NCBI GenBank assembly: GCA_007128275.1
Contig: SKXR01000211.1
Coordinates: forward strand, 1 to 40,534
DNA length: 40,534 nt
From: Kiritimatiellia bacterium
GTDB lineage: Bacteria; Verrucomicrobiota; Kiritimatiellia; SLAD01
Direction: 5' to 3'
In this document: positions 1 to 7,706 of the stretch, one piece after another
How the letters are laid out: each line of letters opens with the position of its first letter
Numbering within the stretch: position 1 is the stretch's first letter
Notes under the pieces: generated by a model
The model's input: the letters and a program-made list of their open reading frames with translations, nothing else
Database searches by the model: none
Told to the model about the DNA's origin: nothing
Position numbers and translations under genes: made by a program

Positions 1-2
1 CA

Positions 3-93
3 CCGCAGTCCAAATTCCCTTGAGGCGGCCTGCTCGGTCATTCCTTTTTGGACTGCGGCGGCAGAGCGAAGCGTCGACGCCGCTTTGGCTTGA
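3..93. repeat. REP-like intergenic hairpin element
   Basis: 12-bp perfect inverted repeat CCGCAGTCCAAA (3-14) / TTTGGACTGCGG (47-58). It is followed by GC-rich palindromic GCGTCGACGC (71-80). The ORF 20..271 that reads through it looks like a repeat-derived artefact. Confidence 0.5.
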
Positions 94-126
94 CCAGTAC
101 GTAATATCTCCCTTACTTCTACATAG

Positions 127-354
127 ACTTGTGCAGACCTATCTCTTCCCAAATACACTTATCACTTTGGGGTGTCCCAATGTGGAACTCAGGTGCATGG
201 CACGTGGTCGCCAGTCGTGTTGGATGCGGACCTCGTCTTCATTGGGGCTACGCCTACCGGGGACGAGGTGACGGAAACGGTGAGTTACCGTGTGCCTGAT
301 GGGACATTGTTCGACCCAAAGTATTTTCGGTTGGAAGTGATCCTGCTGGACTGA
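127..354 (+). pseudogene. Possible orphan fragment of a C-terminal module like the one ending the CotH protein
   Basis: The frame-1 translation ...KYTYHFG..GTWSPVVLDADLVFIGATPTGDEVTETVSYRVP...YFRLEVILLD resembles the last ~70 aa of the 1304-aa protein (DYIVEYAYELDGPWAQLDADVF...PSGDGKTEEVRLSF...GFIRLRMVLIESP). The frame is closed by stops at 91-93 and 124-126, so no full-length gene precedes it in this frame. Confidence 0.3.
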
Positions 355-623
355 CCAAGGTCAACAGGGTGCATCAACACCGCGAGGGTTCTTGCCTGGC
401 AGTGGAGGGAGCGGAGCTATGTACGGTCCACTCTGTTCTGCCCTGCGCACGCATTTGAGGAGACTTATTTTGTTTACAAGCGGGGCCGTACCTCCTAGGT
501 TTTTGCCTTAGAGGCGACTAGGTATATCATCCGAATCTGGAGGACAGACTCATCGGAGGCGAGTCAACCAGCCGGCATCGATGGCTTTCTTGTTTAGGCA
601 TTACCTTTCTACTCTCGTTCCTT

Positions 624-3600
624 GTGGCGGAGTTGAAAGCACAACCGGTGTATATTAACGAGGTGCTTGCCTCTAATGCCACCGGGTTGGAGGATGAAGA
701 CGGTGACACCGAGGATTGGGTTGAACTCTACAACGCAGGAAGCGAATCCGTGGCTCTGGGGGGCTACGGCCTGTCCGATGACCCCGATGTTCCCTTTCGT
801 TGGGTCTTGCCCGATATCACCATGGAGCCCGGCGAGTTTCTGCTGATCTGGGCTTCGGGCAAGGATCGTTCCGACCCGGCAAAGGAGTTACATGCCAACT
901 TCAGCATTGCTTCCGCGGGAGAGGAAGTCCTGCTGACCGATCCGGATGGGGTACGCGTTGATGAGATCGTCCCGACCGTCATACCAACGGATATATCCTT
1001 CGGACGCAAACCCGATGGAAGTACCAATTGGGTGTTCTTCACGGACCCTACGCCGGGCGCCGCCAACACGACCGACGGTTTCCTTCAGGTCCTCGCGCCG
1101 CCCGAACTCTCTCGTCCCGCCGGGTTTTATGAGGAAACCTTTGACCTGACCGCGGTCCATCCCTATGGCGAGGTCGTCTTGCGCTATACCCTGGACGGAT
1201 CGGAACCCGACGAGGACTCGCCGATGTTTCCGTCGTCCCTCCTTGTTGGCTCCCGGGCGGGCGCGCCGAATGTCTTTTCTGCAATCAATACGACGTTGGT
1301 TGATGGCAATACGAATGACGATTATTGGGAGGCGCCCACGGCTGCGGTGGATAAGGCCACGGTTGTGCGTATTCGTGCCTTCGCCGAGAACAGCATTCCG
1401 AGCCGTACGATCACATCCACCTTTTTTGCGGATGCGGCGCTGGAGGGGAAGTACACGTTGCCCGTGCTATCCCTGGTCACGGATCCATACCATCTGTTCG
1501 ATCATGATGCGGGGATCTATGTTGCCGGTTCTGCCACGACGGCGAATCAATACCGGAGTGCCAACTATTGGCAACGAGGCGCGGCATGGGAGCGGCCGGT
1601 TCATCTTGAACTCATGGACGAGGAGGGCAGGCGGGTTTTCGCACAGGATGCCGGCGTACGCATTCACGGGGGCATGACGCGTCGGCGAAACATCAAAAGC
1701 CTCCGGCTTTACGCACGCAATGAATATGGCGACAGCCATTTCCATTTCGCATTGTTCCCCGATCAACCCCATGACGCATACAAGCGATTCATGTTGCGTA
1801 ATTCGGGGCAGGACGTCGTTTACACCTATTTCCGATGTGCGTTCGCCCAGCGGTTGGTCGGTCACATGCGCTTCGACACCCAAGCATATCGCCCGGTCCT
1901 CGTGTTTATCAATGGGGAATACTGGGGCATTCATAACATGCGAGAACGGTACGATCGCCATTATCTGGCGCGCACCTACGGCGTCGATGCGGACAATCTG
2001 GATATCTTGACGGCCACTCATCATGATCTATCCACAAGCCCTCTGATTGTGAAGGAGGGGGACGCGGTCCATTACGCGGAGATGATCAACTATATTGAAA
2101 CCCATGGTGTGGAAGAGCCCGAACACTACGAACACATACGCACCATGGTCGATACGGACAATTACGTGGATTATCTGGTCGCTAACATTTTCGTCAATAA
2201 TGTGGATTGGCCGGGAAACAACATTGAGTATTGGCGGGTGAGAACGGATGAATATGACGAGGATGCGCCTTACGGCCACGATGGGCGATGGCGATGGCTC
2301 ATGTTCGATATGGATGCAGCCTTTGGAATATATCGCCCCAATCAACAGTTTCTCCCCGGGCATAACACCCTGGCTTTTGCCACAGGCGCCGGCCGGGGAA
2401 ATTGGGCCACGCGCCCGTATGCCACGTTCTTGCCGCGTGAAATGTTGAACAACCAGACTTTTCGCAATGCGTTCATCAACCGGATGGCGGATCAACTTAA
2501 TACGGCTTTTCGTACCAATCGTGTTATCGCGGTGATCGACGAAATGGCCGCCATGATCGAGCCGGAAATGGCCGGCCATATCAATAGATTTTATCGTCCT
2601 GATTCGATGGGGACATGGTCCGCGGAAGTGGATTATTTGCGCCAGTTTGCCATGCAGCGTCCCGCCCATCAGTACGATCATCTGCTCAGTTACTTCGGGA
2701 AGTCGTGTTTGGCGGATGTGACCCTCGATATCTCGGGCGCGGCGGCAGGACGAATCCGTATCAACACGATTGTCGTCGACGGCGACACCTTCGGACTACT
2801 TGATCCGGAAGTACCGTATCCATGGACGGGCACGTACGTGCGGGACGTCCCCATCACGTTGGAGGCGTTGCCGGCGGAGGGCTTTCACTTTACGGGATGG
2901 GAGGGGATCACGAATACGAGCTCCAACGTCACGTTGGAACCGGACGCGGACCTCTCTGTAACGGCCCTGTTTGAAGTTGATTCGGATCGTGTGGCCACGG
3001 CCTTGGAAGTGGATTGGCCCGCTTACCTTTCACAGACCGGCCCGTTGCCGCCTATTGTCGTGCGCGCGGTGAATGACGAAGGATTGACGGATCCCAGCTT
3101 CACCGGCGCCGTCACCATCGCCCGGTCGGACGAAGGAACGCTAGAAGGCTCTTTAACGGTCTATGCGGTTGGCGGGATGGCCGCATTTGATGACCTCATT
3201 ATGGAAGACATGGCGGAGACCGCCCTGATGGTCTCGGCTTTCGGCTTTGATACCATCTATAGCGATTCGTTTCGTTTCCTTCGCCTGACCGAGGTGTTGC
3301 TCCCGCGATACATGCAGGCGGAACAGGATGAGACCGGAAACAACTTCAACCGGGTGCCCTACGCTTTTCGTCTTCGGGTCGAAGGGCTTATTCCTTATGC
3401 CACCTACCGATACGGCAATCGCGTCGTGGTACCCGAAGACCCGCCGGAACAGGACGGAGCGGGGAACATGATCATCGTGAGAACCGGGGGGCACGACTTC
3501 GTCCGTAACACGTCCAGACCGCGGTTCCGGCCCGAGGATATTTATCAGCGGCATGGCGATTTCGTAGCCGATGCAGAGGGCGCCTACGAGGGGTGGTTTA

Positions 3601-4538
3601 TTACCGAGCCGTCCGGCAATCATCGTTTTGTGCCCGGCCACACGGTGAATATCAGACTCATCCTCAATGACGGCCTCGGTGGCGAGGCATATCATCACAT
3701 GCTGACCACAACCGGCGGCGTGACTCTGCTGGAATTCGGCAACTCCCCGTCTCAGGCGACCGCGGTGATGGGAGAATCAACCAATGCGTGGGGACACATG
3801 GTCGCCCTGTATGACGATACGGGCGGGGTGACGCGTCCCTTGTCCGCCACACCGATTGAGCGAACGGGTAGTGAGGTGGACGAGCGATATGCCTATTTCT
3901 ACGAGGCTATTGTGGCGGCCCGCGACGGGTATTGGGGCACCCTGATTCCCAGCGCACTAACTACCGGGGTCCGGCGCATGGAGGTTTTTGCGCCATGGGA
4001 CGGGGCGTCGCTCGAAACGGTCTTCTATGAAGACGGCATGCCGGGCACGGTAATGGCCGCGTCTGGTCAGGACGCGCATCTGGTAGACTATGTGCATCCT
4101 TATACCGCATGGGCCGCGGAAAACTTCACGTTGGAAGAATTTAGCGACGTTGAAACAAGCGGATACCTGGCGGACCCGGATGACGAGAGGCTGGCGAATC
4201 TGGCGAAATACGCGCTGGGCTTGGACCGCGAAGATGAACCGGGTGAGGCCTTGCCGGGGGCTGAAGTGGTACCCAATGGGGATGAACTCTTGATACACTT
4301 CACCTATCGCCGATTGCTTAGTGAGGAGCGGGGTGTGGATTATATTGTCGAATATGCGTATGAGTTGGATGGCCCTTGGGCACAGCTCGATGCCGATGTT
4401 TTCCCGGATCTTGCGTGGCATGAGCCCGTGCCGAGCGGCGATGGGAAAACGGAGGAAGTCCGATTGAGCTTTAGCGCGGGCGCGACGGCCAATGCCGGCT
4501 TCATCCGATTGCGCATGGTACTGATCGAGTCTCCTTGA
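624..4538 (+). CDS. Large multidomain LTD + CotH-kinase-family protein, probably secreted
   Basis: 1304-aa ORF with these modules:
- N-terminal lamin-tail-domain-like segment (VYINEVLASN..DWVELYNAG..GYGLSDD).
- Chitobiase/hexosaminidase-C-like module (VVLRYTLDGSEPDEDSPMF).
- CotH-like core (FMLRNSGQD...VFINGEYWGIHNMRERYD...WPGNNIEYWR).
- InlB-B-repeat-like module (GFHFTGWEG...VTALFE).
- C-terminal FIRLRMV module.
The start is uncertain, because a signal-peptide-like stretch lies in frame upstream of GTG 624 (possible start at ATC 552). Confidence 0.85.
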   Translation: MAELKAQPVYINEVLASNATGLEDEDGDTEDWVELYNAGSESVALGGYGLSDDPDVPFRWVLPDITMEPGEFLLIWASGKDRSDPAKELHANFSIASAGEEVLLTDPDGVRVDEIVPTVIPTDISFGRKPDGSTNWVFFTDPTPGAANTTDGFLQVLAPPELSRPAGFYEETFDLTAVHPYGEVVLRYTLDGSEPDEDSPMFPSSLLVGSRAGAPNVFSAINTTLVDGNTNDDYWEAPTAAVDKATVVRIRAFAENSIPSRTITSTFFADAALEGKYTLPVLSLVTDPYHLFDHDAGIYVAGSATTANQYRSANYWQRGAAWERPVHLELMDEEGRRVFAQDAGVRIHGGMTRRRNIKSLRLYARNEYGDSHFHFALFPDQPHDAYKRFMLRNSGQDVVYTYFRCAFAQRLVGHMRFDTQAYRPVLVFINGEYWGIHNMRERYDRHYLARTYGVDADNLDILTATHHDLSTSPLIVKEGDAVHYAEMINYIETHGVEEPEHYEHIRTMVDTDNYVDYLVANIFVNNVDWPGNNIEYWRVRTDEYDEDAPYGHDGRWRWLMFDMDAAFGIYRPNQQFLPGHNTLAFATGAGRGNWATRPYATFLPREMLNNQTFRNAFINRMADQLNTAFRTNRVIAVIDEMAAMIEPEMAGHINRFYRPDSMGTWSAEVDYLRQFAMQRPAHQYDHLLSYFGKSCLADVTLDISGAAAGRIRINTIVVDGDTFGLLDPEVPYPWTGTYVRDVPITLEALPAEGFHFTGWEGITNTSSNVTLEPDADLSVTALFEVDSDRVATALEVDWPAYLSQTGPLPPIVVRAVNDEGLTDPSFTGAVTIARSDEGTLEGSLTVYAVGGMAAFDDLIMEDMAETALMVSAFGFDTIYSDSFRFLRLTEVLLPRYMQAEQDETGNNFNRVPYAFRLRVEGLIPYATYRYGNRVVVPEDPPEQDGAGNMIIVRTGGHDFVRNTSRPRFRPEDIYQRHGDFVADAEGAYEGWFITEPSGNHRFVPGHTVNIRLILNDGLGGEAYHHMLTTTGGVTLLEFGNSPSQATAVMGESTNAWGHMVALYDDTGGVTRPLSATPIERTGSEVDERYAYFYEAIVAARDGYWGTLIPSALTTGVRRMEVFAPWDGASLETVFYEDGMPGTVMAASGQDAHLVDYVHPYTAWAAENFTLEEFSDVETSGYLADPDDERLANLAKYALGLDREDEPGEALPGAEVVPNGDELLIHFTYRRLLSEERGVDYIVEYAYELDGPWAQLDADVFPDLAWHEPVPSGDGKTEEVRLSFSAGATANAGFIRLRMVLIESP

Positions 4539-4552
4539 GGGACAAATTAGAA

Positions 4553-4590
4553 GCCCTCATTCTCCGCTGGAGAATGAGGGCCCCTGTTTT
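4553..4590 (+). terminator. Rho-independent terminator after the CotH-family gene
   Basis: Perfect 13-bp stem GCCCTCATTCTCC / GGAGAATGAGGGC with a 3-nt loop GCT, followed by CCCTGTTTT. It begins 15 nt after the stop codon. Confidence 0.7.
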
Positions 4591-4992
4591 GGCGAGCCGC
4601 CTTGGTCGTGTCGGAAGGGAAGGGGGCGACCCGCCGGAGAATCTAGTAATTCGCATATCCGACCGCTCAGACCACTCGCGGCCCTCTCACCCCCAAGTAG
4701 ACGCGTTGGGTATGCGATTTCCTTCACCTCGGCTGATATCAAAGCAGGTTCAGTGCCAATCTCAAGTAATGTGACCCGAATGGCCCTCAGGGGGGACACT
4801 CGAGAATTCTCAAGGGAAGTCGGATCGTGCGGAATGGGAAGGGGATGGAACTATCAGACGGGTGACCCTATGCAAAAAAGGGGGTATGAAAATATATCCG
4901 GGAATCCGATTTTCGCATTGGATTATAGTCAAGAACGCGAATATGCGGCATCTGCATTTCTAGATTCTGAGAAAACGACGGACGATTATCGT

Positions 4993-6723
4993 CTACCTCT
5001 TCCTGCGAAAGACACGACTGGTCTCGAGCGCTTCTCGTAAGGCGGTCCAGATGGCCTCTTTATCGGCGGCGTCCAGAATTTGCTGGCGGACCTTCGCCTG
5101 GCTCATGGATCGGATGAGCAAGGCAAGGGTTTGCACCTGAATATCGTCGTCATCCAGCGGGGTCAGGATCAGAAAAATGAATTGAGCGGGTTTGCCGTCG
5201 GGTGAATCCCACTCAATACCTTGTGGCGAGCGCCCAAACACGATGACGGGCTTGAGCAACCCTTTCAAGCGAGCGTGCGGGAGGGCGATGCCTTCTTCTA
5301 CCGCCGTGCCCATGGCGTATTCGCGTTCCAGGACCGCCTTACTCAGACTCTCGGCGGGCGGAAGCGCCCCTTGCTCGCCGGCCTTATCGGCGAGTTCGCG
5401 AATGGCTGTATCGCGGTCACTGGTGGTGAGGTGCGGCACAATGCCGCGGGCGGAGAAGAATTCGAGGATGCTGACTTCGCGTCGTTTCAGGAGGGAGGCT
5501 CGCATCCACGGTCCCAGCAGCACGGAGGAGAAGATGGCGCCGAAGACAATGGCGACAAAGACCGGCGCAGTGATCAACCCGTATTCCAGGGCGAGGACGC
5601 CGACCACAATCTCCATGGCGCCGCCGGGTGTGTGGGCAATGGCAATCGTCATACGATTCGCCCGCGGGAGATGGGTCCACGCCACGCCGATCCAAGCGCC
5701 GATAAAGCGTCCTCCCACACCCACCACCGTCACCAGCAGGACAAGAAAAACATTGAAATTAGCCAGGAAGTCCACCTTCAACCCGATGCTTGCGAAGAAT
5801 ACGGGGACAAAAATGGCGTATACCATTTGGGAAATGACCTGGCGCGTGCGTTCGCTTAATGCCTTGGCGCCGCCGGCCATGATCCCCGCAAGGAAAAAGC
5901 CGAACAGGGCATGAATTCCGATCTTTTGTGTGATGGCGCCGCACAGGAGGCCCAACAGGCAGATAAAGGTAAGGGAAGAGCCGGGTTGCGGCAGTCCCCA
6001 ATCGTGAATTTTTGTTATGGCCCGGTTGGTGAGTGCCCGGCCGACGGTCAGACAGAATGCCGTGAAGCCCATTGTCCCCAATATGACCAGCGCGGTCCGG
6101 CCGATTTCCAGATCCGCGTGCAGGAAGAAGCTGAGTACGAGGGAGAATATCAGCCAGCCGATGATATCGTTCACGGACAAGGCGCTCATCAACAGAAAAC
6201 CAAGATCGGTCTTTGTCAGATGCAAATCATGCAATGCCCGGGCCGCAATCGGTAGGGCGCTGATGGTGAGCACGGTCGCCATGAAGATGGCAAAGAGCCA
6301 TCGCTGATTTGGATCGGCGAGGAACCGGTCGGGCAGGAAAAAGAAAGGGAGAAAGGCAATGGCCATTGGGATGACAATATCCGCCAAGGCGATCTTGACG
6401 GCCTCGGCGCGTTGCCGCCATGCGCTGGCAAAATCAATTTCCAGGCCGGTTTCCAGCAGGAGAAAGAGCACCCCGAGCCATGCCACGGTTTCGAGCATAC
6501 TCACCTGGATCACGTCCGCAGGGAAAAGCCATCCGAACGTTTCGGGAAAATAGCGGCCGAGAATGGTGGGGCCCAGCAAGATGCCCACGAGAATTTCCGC
6601 GGTCAGCGGCGGTTGTCGCCAGTGGCGAAAGACTTCGCCCAGACCACGGGCCAAGCCGATCAGCAAGAGCAATTGAATCAGAAAGAGGAAGATATGATGT
6701 TCGCTCGGATACTCCAAGGGCAC
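4993..6723 (-). CDS. CPA2-type cation:proton antiporter (Kef/NapA-like) fused to a C-terminal PTS EIIA type-2 (EIIA-Ntr-like) domain
   Basis: 576 aa. About 400 aa are polytopic with Na+/H+-exchanger-family character (LGEVF..PPLTAEILVGILLGP, many TM helices). The C-terminal ~150 aa carry the EIIA-2 signature (VEEGIALPHARL...AQFIFLILTP). Confidence 0.85.
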   Translation of the reverse strand: MPLEYPSEHHIFLFLIQLLLLIGLARGLGEVFRHWRQPPLTAEILVGILLGPTILGRYFPETFGWLFPADVIQVSMLETVAWLGVLFLLLETGLEIDFASAWRQRAEAVKIALADIVIPMAIAFLPFFFLPDRFLADPNQRWLFAIFMATVLTISALPIAARALHDLHLTKTDLGFLLMSALSVNDIIGWLIFSLVLSFFLHADLEIGRTALVILGTMGFTAFCLTVGRALTNRAITKIHDWGLPQPGSSLTFICLLGLLCGAITQKIGIHALFGFFLAGIMAGGAKALSERTRQVISQMVYAIFVPVFFASIGLKVDFLANFNVFLVLLVTVVGVGGRFIGAWIGVAWTHLPRANRMTIAIAHTPGGAMEIVVGVLALEYGLITAPVFVAIVFGAIFSSVLLGPWMRASLLKRREVSILEFFSARGIVPHLTTSDRDTAIRELADKAGEQGALPPAESLSKAVLEREYAMGTAVEEGIALPHARLKGLLKPVIVFGRSPQGIEWDSPDGKPAQFIFLILTPLDDDDIQVQTLALLIRSMSQAKVRQQILDAADKEAIWTALREALETSRVFRRKR

Positions 6724-6752
6724 TCCTCGCTTCTGTGTCCCATCAACACCGC

Positions 6753-7169
6753 CTAGAGGTGCAGGTCCCCGGCCGCTTCCGGTTGATAGAGGACTTCGTC
6801 AATGCGCACGCGACGTTTGCCGTCGGGAACAGCCCATTCAATCACATCGCCTTCCTTATATCCCAGTAGGGCGGTTCCGATCGGAGAAAAGACGGAAATC
6901 TTGCCGTGATCGATATCGGCCTCCGCCGGGAAGACCAGCGTAACGGCCATTTTGCTTTCGTCCTCCAGGTCCTGAAACACCAGTCGCGTGTTCATCGTAA
7001 CTACCGTCGGCGGGATCTCGTTGGAATTCACGATGGTGGCCCTGGCGAGCTCGGTTTTCAGCGATTGCAGGTCGTCTCGATCCCTGTACTTGAAGTCGTC
7101 CGCGACCATCAGTAGTTCTTCAAGCCGTTCGCGATCCTTTTGCGTGATAAAGATTTTGCGTTGTTTCAT
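6753..7169 (-). CDS. rnk: GreA/GreB-family protein, Rnk-like (regulator of nucleoside diphosphate kinase)
   Basis: MKQRKIFITQKDRERLEELL...ISVFSPIGTALLGYKEGDVIEWAVPDGKRRVRIDEVLYQPE matches the Rnk / Gre C-terminal domain pattern. I chose the ATG at 7169. The ORF-track start at 7298 adds 43 non-conserved residues that run toward the tRNA. Confidence 0.8.
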   Translation of the reverse strand: MKQRKIFITQKDRERLEELLMVADDFKYRDRDDLQSLKTELARATIVNSNEIPPTVVTMNTRLVFQDLEDESKMAVTLVFPAEADIDHGKISVFSPIGTALLGYKEGDVIEWAVPDGKRRVRIDEVLYQPEAAGDLHL

Positions 7170-7315
7170 GCCGTACTCATCTCCATGTTGTGGGAATACC
7201 GTAAGAGTAAGCGCTCTCAGAAACTTTGTCCAGTCCTGCAAGCAGAACGAAGAAGGGGTGTTGCGTGTCGGTTCGGAAAGAGCCGCCCATGCGGGCATGC
7301 CCGAGCAGGAAACAG

Positions 7316-7392
7316 TGGCGTACCCGGAAGGATTCGAACCTTCAACCTCCTGATCCGTAGTCAGGTGCTCTATCCAGTTGAGCTACGGGTAC
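7316..7392 (-). tRNA. tRNA-Arg (anticodon ACG)
   Basis: 77-nt cloverleaf on the minus strand:
- Acceptor GTACCCG/CGGGTAC.
- D-arm GCTC-AACTGGATA-GAGC.
- Anticodon stem CCTGA/TCAGG with loop CTACGGA.
- T-arm GAAGG-TTCGAAT-CCTTC.
- Discriminator G and an encoded CCA. Confidence 0.95.
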
Positions 7393-7536
7393 GCAGGAAA
7401 GGACATCTTACGTATTCTTTTGGGCGACGCAACTCTCAATCCCGAAAGAAGGTTGCAGGATATAGTACAGGTTCGCGAAAATGGCAACTCTTTCCTGCGT
7501 ATCCCGGCCGCGCGATGCGACCGAATTGTTGGACGG

Positions 7537-7576
7537 ACTGTCATTCACATCTACGATCGTAGATGTGAATGACAGT
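7537..7576. repeat. Perfect 40-bp palindrome between tRNA-Arg and uvrB
   Basis: ACTGTCATTCACATCTACGA|TCGTAGATGTGAATGACAGT equals its own reverse complement over all 40 nt, checked base by base. No T-tract follows on either strand. Confidence 0.9.
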
Positions 7577-7706
7577 ACCCCGGGGGGGGCGATTCCTGAT
7601 ATACGCACAATTTGTTGCCCATCAATGGCGAATATGCGCTGACCCGGGGGGGGGCGGATTGGAGCGTTGATTCGCTGTGACGGGGGCGGTATCGTTCCCG
7701 CAAGCC

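Noticed and set aside
20-271. 83-aa ORF at the window start (also the other short intergenic ORFs 4535..4774, 4753..5040, 25892..26140, 25909..26160, 25920..26210 and 32449..32703).
   Set aside because: They read through REP-like hairpins or direct repeats, overlap each other in different frames, and show no protein-like features.
7170-7298. A 43-codon N-terminal extension of the rnk ORF.
   Set aside because: The extension has no similarity to Gre/Rnk proteins. The canonical Rnk N-terminus begins at MKQRKIF (ATG 7169).
4993-7392. A genomic island integrated at the tRNA-Arg 3' end.
   Set aside because: I found no direct repeat of the tRNA 3' half at lower coordinates, no integrase gene, and the adjacent genes (rnk, antiporter) look chromosomal. 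The CotH-family gene is accessory-like, but nothing ties it to the tRNA.
7537-7576. The palindrome as a LexA (SOS) box for uvrB.
   Set aside because: It contains CTGT...ACAG, but the halves are separated by 30 nt rather than 8. It also does not match the other LexA motifs I know (e.g. GAAC-N4-GTTC types). I keep it only as an unexplained palindrome.
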